A DNA stretch of 64,000 nucleotides from a virus (taxonomy: Duplodnaviria > Caudoviricetes): IMG/VR virus record IMGVR_UViG_3300029288_005873, positions 377,905 to 441,904 of that record, one strand, 5' to 3'. The position numbers were made by a program, and so were the translations under genes. Shown here piece after piece: positions 9,834 through 18,043 of this stretch; within the stretch, counting starts at the first letter, position 1; each line of letters opens with the position of its first letter. The notes beneath the pieces were generated by a model, which was not told the origin of the DNA, ran no database searches, and was given only the letters and a program-made list of their open reading frames with translations.

Positions 9834-11299
9834 CGACCGCCTCCAGGATATCCTGTTGGTATCGAGCATATAGAAAATGGAGAAAGAATAGTATCAATTC
9901 CACTGTCATAGGACATACTGTCAGTGGTATAATGTAAGTCAGACGGAGTTGGCTCAAGCAAGTTCTGTTCAGCATGCGGCTCAATTTCAGCAAGCATGCG
10001 ACGCATTGCGGCAGTATCAACTGGAGGGTGTCTATGAGTATGTGGATCGTGCTGGCATGTTTCCGTAAACCTATCAATCATATGTGGAAAACGATCTTTG
10101 AATCCGAAACTTTTTGCTTCAGCATAAGCAAGGTCACAGGGCCAGCCACTTTCAGTGCGATATCGTGCAACCACACCACCCGTACGATCTGCGCCATGTC
10201 TACAATGTACAAAAGCTGGTACCTCGTGTAGAAATCCAAAAATGTTAGGAGTAAGAACTTCCCAACCCTTATCTTCTGGACGTCCATCAGACAGTAGAGC
10301 ATGGACGTGATGTATACCAAGTTTTCGGCACCAATCAGCAAGCTCAGGCATGTCGTCATTAAGTGTAACGATACGACGTACACCTAATTTATCACGCATT
10401 GCAGCAAGTTGTTCAATATTATCTGGTTGTCTGCCACGATATAGACCATTGGAGACTTTTGCAAAATTCCTTGGGAATTCATGATATGGATCCATGCGTG
10501 CTCTAAGTAATGCTATCGTCGGATCATCTAACATACCATTAGGCTCCAGAAAATTCATTTCCTGCCAACGGGCAAGATCCATATCAAATTCTGGCATTGA
10601 CGGTATGCGCCCAATCGTTCCAATAATATGACCTAGGCATCTAGCAACATCCCTTCGTCGTACAGCAGAAAGGTTATGCTTACGCGCAACATCAAGCGCT
10701 AATACAACTGGTACGCTTCCCTGCCTAAGAATTCTCAATCCGTCGCGAATAGCTCCTGCTACATTTCCTGCTGCAATCTTTGCGGTAAAAGCAAGATCAG
10801 GTTCACCCATTGGAGCATTGGGCATAAATTTTTGCCTAATGCTGTCTAACTGGATGGCAGCATGTACAACATCAGGATACACTTTCCTTAAAGTTTCTCT
10901 AGCCTTAGCCTCTGCTTCAGACTCTCCAAGAAAAGGTGTAGCACCTGGGGAAATTGGACGTTCGGGTCCAATATGTCCACTCTCATGAGCTAAAACCTCA
11001 ACTATTGCGCGTTCAAGCGCGCTAGAAAAATCAGCAAGAGTGGGTTTGGCTCCTGCGGACTGTTCTCGAACCATTTGCTCTATTCGACCTTTGAATAAAT
11101 GAATTTCTTGCGGGTCATGCCCCTTCCCCGACTGGACATGACCGAGTTCTCCCCCACCACCAGAATGGACGATTATTTTACGAACACGAGAAAGTAGTCC
11201 TGGATCCCTCATCTTTATGCGCGACACAGCCTGCTGGACAGCTGGATCCAATGGTTCAATCACAACATCCATGGCACGTTTACTAATGGGGAGTTTCAT
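9830..11299 (-). CDS. Multidomain protein: HExxH metallopeptidase-like + peptidoglycan-binding-like + dual-specificity/tyrosine phosphatase
   Basis: Starts MKLPISKRA. Contains VLAHESGH...EAEA, WQEMNFLEPNGMLDDPT and NFAKVSNGLYRGRQP...VHCRHGADRTG (CX5R). Confidence 0.8.
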   Translation of the reverse strand: MKLPISKRAMDVVIEPLDPAVQQAVSRIKMRDPGLLSRVRKIIVHSGGGGELGHVQSGKGHDPQEIHLFKGRIEQMVREQSAGAKPTLADFSSALERAIVEVLAHESGHIGPERPISPGATPFLGESEAEAKARETLRKVYPDVVHAAIQLDSIRQKFMPNAPMGEPDLAFTAKIAAGNVAGAIRDGLRILRQGSVPVVLALDVARKHNLSAVRRRDVARCLGHIIGTIGRIPSMPEFDMDLARWQEMNFLEPNGMLDDPTIALLRARMDPYHEFPRNFAKVSNGLYRGRQPDNIEQLAAMRDKLGVRRIVTLNDDMPELADWCRKLGIHHVHALLSDGRPEDKGWEVLTPNIFGFLHEVPAFVHCRHGADRTGGVVARYRTESGWPCDLAYAEAKSFGFKDRFPHMIDRFTETCQHDPHTHRHPPVDTAAMRRMLAEIEPHAEQNLLEPTPSDLHYTTDSMSYDSGIDTILSPFSICSIPTGYPGGGR

Positions 11300-13026
11300 A
11301 TTTTTGCCCCGATCGGTGTGCGTTTACGCGCAGGAATCTGATGAAGCATAAGATTTGCTACTTCATCCATTACGCGCTTAACAAAGAATGGATTAAGACC
11401 AGATAAAATATTCTTAACTAGCGATATACTTTGTCCAATAGCGGCAGTCTGTGGCATCTTTTTCTGGCTCATTTGACCCGTGGGAACCCTCAATATCTTT
11501 CCCCTAATGCGCTGCATATATCTTGCTTTGTCCTTATCTGGTACACGGAACATAAGAAAATTGATAATCTTTACAATAGACTCAGCAGTTCTACGAACTG
11601 GATCCTGTGCTCTCTTAGAAATTGGAACAAGCCTAGTGGCTCTACTAGACAAAGGAAGCTCATCATCCGACATCATGTCTAGATCAACACCATCTTCTTT
11701 TGCTTTAATACGCTTCTTTACTGCATCTATAACAGGACGCAAAATTTCCTTCTCCATCTCCCAATCGGACATTGGTCCTGTTTCCCTATTACCAAGCAAT
11801 TCTGTTATTTCTGGATCTAATTCAGTCCGTTGTGCTTTATCGTAGTCGATTACAGTTGGTTCATCGCCCTCAGCATAATCATGATCAGCCAATTTCTTTT
11901 TGATCGGCATAATGGATGTTACTTTTTCCGCCCATCTTTTTCGGATGGGAGCCCCAATTACTGGATGTCTAACCCGTTCCAATTCACGTTTTGTTTGTTC
12001 CCAAGCTGTATTTTCTCGTTTAACATCTTCTGGGGATGCTGTAGTACCATCGGGAAATACCCAACTCGAATCATGTTGTTCCTCTGGATGTTTTGGCCAG
12101 TATTCTTCAATTGTAGTTTCAGACACCAAAAACTCGGGAGCACCAATGAGTAGATCATATCCAACAGGTGAAACACCTTTGACGAAACTGGAAATTACAC
12201 GATTCCTTGCCCGCTCGGCATGTTTGCGCGTTCGATAGAATGATATAGGAATTGTTCCCCACATTAGGGCAAAAGTCCCATGGGTAAGCCAGTTTTCCGG
12301 ACCGTGTGGCATAAGATCTTTGATTTTGATACCGGCTTTTTGGAGAGCACGAATTCCAGCTTCAAAACGGGAAAGTTCTGTTCCGTCAGGAAATTTAACT
12401 ACGGCAGAATCATTCCTCAACATTTCCATTAGTTTAGGAGTTTTGAAGACTTCCATCAGTTCTTCAGGTTTCCACATGGAAGGATCCAAGTGGATCGGCA
12501 AACGTTCCATTGCGGCACGCTTGGAGAATGGCAACAAAGCGGCCTGACGCGATGAAAGTGGAATAGAATCGATTTTCCTCAAAGTCTCATTCAAATCGCG
12601 CTCATGCTCCATCTCATCCTCCAGTATCGCCACAACTATACTGCTGGTGTCTTTATCTGTCTCCTCTGTAACCCGAAGCAACTCACGATAAACTGCTATG
12701 GCGCATTTTTCCGCTTCCAGGTTTTGTTCCAATACTTCAACAGCAGAAAATCCTTCAGGGTCTACGTATCTACAATTAGAATTAGCCGCCCACTTACTCG
12801 GATCACCTATCGGTCTAGCACCAAGTTGAACAAGGCGACTATATATTGCGTCAGCATGCCTCCTCTCATCATTGGCATGTTCAAGTAGTTCACCAACCGC
12901 ATGGGCTGGACCAAGAATAGCCTTTGCCCCAGCCCAATATTGATGGAATGCAAACCACTCATCAACATAAGCTTTACTAAGAAGTTCGACTACCCCAGGC
13001 ATATTACCTTTCCCGCTCATAGCCAT
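11296..13026 (-). CDS. Multidomain protein with N-terminal ferritin-like (bacterioferritin/Dps-like) domain
   Basis: AYVDEWFAFHQYW...EHANDERRHAD...LVQLG...NLEAEKCAIAVY...ILEDEMEHE di-iron motifs, followed by PLSSR/PFSKRA/PISKRA-delimited segments. Confidence 0.8.
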   Translation of the reverse strand: MAMSGKGNMPGVVELLSKAYVDEWFAFHQYWAGAKAILGPAHAVGELLEHANDERRHADAIYSRLVQLGARPIGDPSKWAANSNCRYVDPEGFSAVEVLEQNLEAEKCAIAVYRELLRVTEETDKDTSSIVVAILEDEMEHERDLNETLRKIDSIPLSSRQAALLPFSKRAAMERLPIHLDPSMWKPEELMEVFKTPKLMEMLRNDSAVVKFPDGTELSRFEAGIRALQKAGIKIKDLMPHGPENWLTHGTFALMWGTIPISFYRTRKHAERARNRVISSFVKGVSPVGYDLLIGAPEFLVSETTIEEYWPKHPEEQHDSSWVFPDGTTASPEDVKRENTAWEQTKRELERVRHPVIGAPIRKRWAEKVTSIMPIKKKLADHDYAEGDEPTVIDYDKAQRTELDPEITELLGNRETGPMSDWEMEKEILRPVIDAVKKRIKAKEDGVDLDMMSDDELPLSSRATRLVPISKRAQDPVRRTAESIVKIINFLMFRVPDKDKARYMQRIRGKILRVPTGQMSQKKMPQTAAIGQSISLVKNILSGLNPFFVKRVMDEVANLMLHQIPARKRTPIGAKI

Positions 13027-14152
13027 TGATTATACCGATCATGCGCTGTAGCAACTCCCACACATCAGATAAGGAGGTCCACCAGGTTCGCAGAGTCTGT
13101 TGTTCTTCCGCATCTCCCTTTTCCGAAGCCTTTTGCCATTTTGCCTGAAGTGTTGCGGCAAGTCTGGGTGCCGTGTCTTTCATTAGATAGCGCAGATATG
13201 CACGTGAAGCCTGTATCTCACCTTTCTTGCCAGCATCCTGTAATCCAGATGAAGGACCATACATGCGAGCATACATGTCTTGACCATCATTCATCGCCCA
13301 TGCGATAGCAGCAGGAATAAAAGCTCTTTCATCTTGTAGGACATCAGGTGGCGGAAAAGGCCAACGCAATTCTGTATCAGGTCGTATTTTCTGTTCAGAT
13401 TTAGGCGTAGATTTTGCCGGCGTGCCTGGTTTAGTAGTAGGTGTAACAGAAGACTTTCCTGGAGGGGACCAAGGCATATTGACATAGCCGAGCTGTTCAT
13501 GAACAGTTTTACGTCCAATGGATTCAGACAAGCGACCAAGCTGACCAAGATACTGTCCAAAGTTAATACCTTTAGCCTGCGCAAATTGTTTAGCACGATC
13601 AAGGAGTTGCTGATTTGCACTAAAGAACTTGTTTACCCAATTCTCCTCTGCTTCACTCACAAGCCGTGGATCCGTAAGCACGCGCACAAGAGCTGCGCTA
13701 TCCGCTTCGCCAAGCACCTCAAGAGCTTGAGCTAGAACCGTAAGCCTATGCATCTGTATTCCCTCCTTAATCAGGTCCTGTGCCAATCCCAGGTCAATCG
13801 GTTCTATTACGATGTCCTGGGGCGTTATCTTTACATCATCGATCTTTTTCCAGTTATAGCCGGCTCCCGTTTCATACACACCTGGTGGAATATCAATTAC
13901 AAAAGCAGAATACCCATCACTTGTAATAACCCATTGGTGGTCTTCTCCATCTGGCGCACCGGGGACAGCCTCAACATTTTGTAGATGATCATATATTGTT
14001 TCTATTATAGCATCAGCTACACGGTCACAGATTCCCCCAGTACCAAGTTCTGGGTCGAACCCCTCCTCGTCCAGCTGCCATTCGTCAACAATTTTTTGGG
14101 CTGCGAGAGCAATGTCAGGACGAATTGACTAAAGACGTTGCTGAAGATTCAT
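13004..14152 (-). CDS. Hypothetical protein with in-frame TAG at codon 8 (readthrough or pseudogene)
   Basis: ATG at 14152 overlaps the previous TGA. Reads MNLQQRL*SIRPDIALAAQKIVDEWQLDEEGFDPELGTGGICD..., continuous with the track ORF 13004-13879. Confidence 0.65.
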
Positions 14153-14910
14153 TCTTCTTCCATTTCCTCTGGATTTTCATAACGATATAAATCATCTTCC
14201 AAAGCATGAATTACATCAAACTCCGTAGATCTAAGCCATTCTTTCAGCTTTTGTAGAGAACTTTCCAAACTAGCAAGTAATGGATGATTTGTGGCAGCGG
14301 CAATTTTCGTCGCTTTATCAAAATTACGTACAATATCAATGGCTTCAAACCAAACATTATGTATTAAAGGTCTTGCCGCTTTTATGTATTTGACGACTTC
14401 ATCGTCATCAGAGGCATTTTGTTCTTTATTAGCTTTCTCTTCCATTTTCTCTAAACGAGTGTAGTAATCAGAAGGCAATTCAGTAAGATGATCTTTGGCA
14501 ATTTCCTTAGCAGTTCCAACATCATCTGTGTGTTCAAGTTCAACTTTAACACCTTTTTCCAGTTGTGCGGGATCGAAATCCGAGTCAGGTTTGCCTTCCG
14601 CAAGTCCGCCTGGGATTTTTTCGGATCCACCAATTTCATTCTGGACAATGCCAAGAATTTGTTCCTCTGCTTTCTCACCATCCATTCCAAGGTCTTTTAG
14701 AATGACAACACAGTCACCAATAGCTGCTACGGCCTCCTCGAGTCTGTTTGCAAGATCCTCAGCCCGTAGATCAAGATCTTTATCATTGGGTTCACCTTTT
14801 TGAAAAAGATCAGGACCACCACCTCGTGCGAATTCAAGCATCTTATCGGGCTTCTCCTTGACATCAATTATGGCAATAGCCTTAGCCAAGCTTAGAATCC
14901 TTTTGCTCAT
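14149..14910 (-). CDS. Protein with DUF5661-like domain
   Basis: IPGGLAEGK....FDPAQLEKGVKVELEHTDD...AKEIAKDHLTE...YYTRLEKME. Start refined to MSKRIL (ATGA overlap). Confidence 0.7.
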   Translation of the reverse strand: MSKRILSLAKAIAIIDVKEKPDKMLEFARGGGPDLFQKGEPNDKDLDLRAEDLANRLEEAVAAIGDCVVILKDLGMDGEKAEEQILGIVQNEIGGSEKIPGGLAEGKPDSDFDPAQLEKGVKVELEHTDDVGTAKEIAKDHLTELPSDYYTRLEKMEEKANKEQNASDDDEVVKYIKAARPLIHNVWFEAIDIVRNFDKATKIAAATNHPLLASLESSLQKLKEWLRSTEFDVIHALEDDLYRYENPEEMEEE

Positions 14911-15617
14911 TTCGCGGTCTCCTTTTCGAAGTGGTCCCACCAGTTGGCGGCATCTTTCGGAATCTCCTGCCCCTCGGGAGGCGGAAACAGGAAACCGGTG
15001 CGCAGCATGTAGCGCAGCTCACGGAATTTCCTGTACTCGAAACTGCCTTCGTCCACTAGACCGTCGCGGTACATGCCGCGGTAGCGCGCAGCCATCGCGT
15101 ACAGCTTGTCGGCCGGCACATTGCGCGTCACATTATGGCATCCCCCAAGATTGGCGGACACGACCATGTCCGGGCAATCGGGGCAATCGGTCACGCCGCA
15201 CTCCACGTCGAGCACCGCCGGCAGGATGGCGTCAAGCCTATCCGCCAGGACGATCTCCCCTTTCCTCTCCAGGAGCGCAGCTACCTTGCCCAATGTGACC
15301 GAAGCTGGCTTGTCGCCGGGAGGCTCCCCAAGGCTGGTGGCGACGATTTTCTCCAGGCAGTCCATCAGCGCGTCCGCGAAATGGAGCATGCCTTTCCTGT
15401 CCAGCTCGTCGGCTACCCCGACCATGCCATCCAAGGCGCCGCGACCCTTGAAAAAATAGATCTGCCCAAGGCGCTTCTTGGCTTCCTCCTTGGTCTTGTA
15501 GCAGCCGAAATTCTGGCGCTTGCCGCCCTTGGTCTTCTTGTGCCCGAAGACGCAGTACCCCTTGCCCTTCACCTTGCGGATGAAGGCGATCTTGATTATG
15601 TTGGCCTGCTTCTCCAT
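14907..15617 (-). CDS. Head-region protein with two LxxLAxxLDxxG motifs
   Basis: Start refined to MEKQAN. Contains IRK..GKGYCV...GCYKTKEEAKKRLGQIYFFK, MVGVADELDRKG and LGKVAALLERKG. Confidence 0.7.
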   Translation of the reverse strand: MEKQANIIKIAFIRKVKGKGYCVFGHKKTKGGKRQNFGCYKTKEEAKKRLGQIYFFKGRGALDGMVGVADELDRKGMLHFADALMDCLEKIVATSLGEPPGDKPASVTLGKVAALLERKGEIVLADRLDAILPAVLDVECGVTDCPDCPDMVVSANLGGCHNVTRNVPADKLYAMAARYRGMYRDGLVDEGSFEYRKFRELRYMLRTGFLFPPPEGQEIPKDAANWWDHFEKETAK

Positions 15618-15625
15618 GCGCACCC

Positions 15626-15919
15626 CTAGCGCCCGCTGGGGGCGATCGGCTTGCCTGTCAGGGAAACCTTGATAGCTTTCCGCCAGTTGAAAGACGGATC
15701 CCACGACATCTTGATGTGGTCGCCGTTTATGTGGACAACGCCAACGCCCGGCACCTCGAACTCGAGCACGCCCTCGTCCACGTTTCTGATAAAGCCTTGG
15801 AAGTATTCCTTGTTTTGCGCCCAAACCTCGGCGTAGGTGATCGTCTCGGCATCCTCGCCGACAACAACACAGATCTCCTTGCCCACGAAGCGTTTCGCCA
15901 AATACTCAGCCATTCCCAT
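15626..15919 (-). CDS. Small beta-rich hypothetical protein (Sm/Hfq-like size and pattern)
   Basis: 97-aa ORF (GKEICV...GFIRNVDEGVLEFE...HINGDHIK). The fold assignment is a guess. Confidence 0.55.
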   Translation of the reverse strand: MGMAEYLAKRFVGKEICVVVGEDAETITYAEVWAQNKEYFQGFIRNVDEGVLEFEVPGVGVVHINGDHIKMSWDPSFNWRKAIKVSLTGKPIAPSGR

Positions 15920-15938
15920 GTGTCAATCACCCCTACGG

Positions 15939-15956
15939 ATGCTGTATTATTGATAG
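15939..15956 (-). promoter_or_regulatory. Candidate phage promoter CTATCAATAATACAGCAT
   Basis: Near-identical to 9210-9227; lies ~20 nt upstream of the ATG at 15919. Confidence 0.55.
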
Positions 15957-18043
15957 GTTTTGGTCCGTTGCGACAGCGGGAGACTGTCGGCTCTTTTCGA
16001 CAGGGGAAACACCTCCAACGACTGGACGGTGGTCGATTCGGGTTTGGTCCAGACCACCTTGCCCCTATCCGGATCATCAACCATGGAGAAGGTGATCTGC
16101 GAGACATACATATTGCCCTCGGCGTTCCTGATCGCCTGGTCCAGGCTGTCGTATGAGGCGAGCACCCGCCCCCAGTAGTCCACTAGGTAGTAGGGTCCCC
16201 GTTTGGCGCGGAGCTCGGCCAGCATCTTCCTGGTCGACTCCGGCGACCTTTCCCACACGACCGGCTTGTCGCCCTTTTCCATGTACACGAACACATCCCA
16301 CGGATCGTCGTACTCGCTGTGGAACACCCGTGAGGACCACTGGAGATTCTCGGCGTTCCTGACGGCTTTGTCCTTGGTGGCATACCGCGCCACGATGTTG
16401 TCGTCCATGTCGACGACATAGTACCGACCATTTGGATCACTGGGCTCCAGGCTCTCGCCCGACGGAAGGTCTTGCGGTCTCTCCAGACCCTCGGCGGCCA
16501 CAGCCCAGTCCGGGATGTTCTGCGGCAGGATCACGCGCGGCTTGTCCTCGCGCATATGCTTGACGGGATCGTCGTATGTCTCCCAGATCCCTTTCCACAT
16601 GCGCTCATCCAGCGCAGGCTCGCGGAACAGCGGTTTCACCGTCCGCTTCACTTGGTCGGCGCGCCTCGACAGCGGTGGATCGTCCCCGCCCCTTTTCCTG
16701 CGGCCAATGGGGATGTCGGCAAATTTCTCGCCACCGACCTGGATGCGCACCTTGTCGGCTGTCCATTCCAGCTTCTCCGTGAGGTCCGGCAGCTCCGGCT
16801 TGTCATCGCAGGAATAGCACACGGTCATGTGCGGCACCCAGCCATGCTCGGACGGCAGCTCGATGATGTTGCCCACCGCCTCCTCGAGGTCCGCCTGTAG
16901 CGCGCTCAACCCCTTGGCATTCGGCACCACATACACCGGAGTGCCGTCCTTCTCTGGCGTGAACATGCCGGCCCCGGAAACGCTCATCTCCAGCGGCATG
17001 TGCCGCGCACAAACCCTCTCGACCGCCCGCTTGACCGCCGCGAGCGTCTTGTCATCCAGGTCGGCCGCCTTGCCGAGGTACAGCAGGGTCATGTGGAGGA
17101 CATCGGAAAGCTCCTTGTCCTCCACCATCTTGGCTTTGCGCATCTTCTTGGCAATTGCTGGAGGAGCCATAAGTGCAAGCATTGCTCCACTATGTGCGGC
17201 ACTTTTAGACAAAAGCGAGACATAAGATGCTCGCACCAGTGTATCTGGCGCCCATATGATTTCCATATCTGGCGGCAAAACAAGCTGGTCAAGCGGAGCA
17301 AAAACAGTCCTCTGATCCTCTAGCTCCGATTCGAATTGCAGATGTAACTGCGACTCGGACACCATAAATCGACCATTCAACTCACCCTTGTTTTCTGGCC
17401 AATGTTTAAGGCTAACGGGAATTCCCTCTAGTTTTTCATCAAAACTCATTCCCCTTCTTGGATTCCATGAACGAAAATTACCACCTTCGTCATATTCATA
17501 AGGTTCTTTCTGCTTGCCACCTTGAAGTACAATAACAGTCTTTGCTGCACGTTTTGAGATAGGCAATCCGTCAGAAGCCTTTTTTTCGCTACTAGCCTCC
17601 ATTACCATCCATTTATTTCCACCACCTGCGCGAAAAAGTTTATAGATTCCCTTCTCTTTCTTACCTTTTAGACGGAAAACGATTTTAGTTCTACTTGCCT
17701 CAATTTCCTCATATGTTCCCGAATCATGGATTTCTACAGTACCAGCACCATAGCCTGCTGCGATCTCTCCTTTGAACTTTAGATATTCAACTGGATGGTC
17801 TTCAGTTTTTATAGCTAGAAGCTTTTCCTTACCCTTGGGTAGTTTGTGCTTAGGGATACTCCATGACGACAATGTGCCATTATCGTTTTCCAATCGCAAA
17901 TCATAATGATCGCGAGCTTTTTTCGCATGATGTAGCTGAATGACAAAACGATGCCTATTTCCACCCTTCTCCTTTTTACCCTTGGGCTCAGATGTTTCGT
18001 CAAATTCTCTTTTACTTTTATACTTCGCAAGTGGATCGGTCAT
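15947..18043 (-). CDS. Multidomain protein: LigD 3'-phosphoesterase + 2H phosphoesterase + duplicated C-terminal domain
   Basis: KYKSKREFDETSEP...FVIQLH.A...HYDLRLE..G.L.SWSIPK...LAIKTEDHP..Y..F.GEI...YGAG.V.I.DSGTY (LigD PE domain). LHMTL...PHMTV (two HxT motifs). Confidence 0.85.
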   Translation of the reverse strand: MTDPLAKYKSKREFDETSEPKGKKEKGGNRHRFVIQLHHAKKARDHYDLRLENDNGTLSSWSIPKHKLPKGKEKLLAIKTEDHPVEYLKFKGEIAAGYGAGTVEIHDSGTYEEIEASRTKIVFRLKGKKEKGIYKLFRAGGGNKWMVMEASSEKKASDGLPISKRAAKTVIVLQGGKQKEPYEYDEGGNFRSWNPRRGMSFDEKLEGIPVSLKHWPENKGELNGRFMVSESQLHLQFESELEDQRTVFAPLDQLVLPPDMEIIWAPDTLVRASYVSLLSKSAAHSGAMLALMAPPAIAKKMRKAKMVEDKELSDVLHMTLLYLGKAADLDDKTLAAVKRAVERVCARHMPLEMSVSGAGMFTPEKDGTPVYVVPNAKGLSALQADLEEAVGNIIELPSEHGWVPHMTVCYSCDDKPELPDLTEKLEWTADKVRIQVGGEKFADIPIGRRKRGGDDPPLSRRADQVKRTVKPLFREPALDERMWKGIWETYDDPVKHMREDKPRVILPQNIPDWAVAAEGLERPQDLPSGESLEPSDPNGRYYVVDMDDNIVARYATKDKAVRNAENLQWSSRVFHSEYDDPWDVFVYMEKGDKPVVWERSPESTRKMLAELRAKRGPYYLVDYWGRVLASYDSLDQAIRNAEGNMYVSQITFSMVDDPDRGKVVWTKPESTTVQSLEVFPLSKRADSLPLSQRTKTYQ

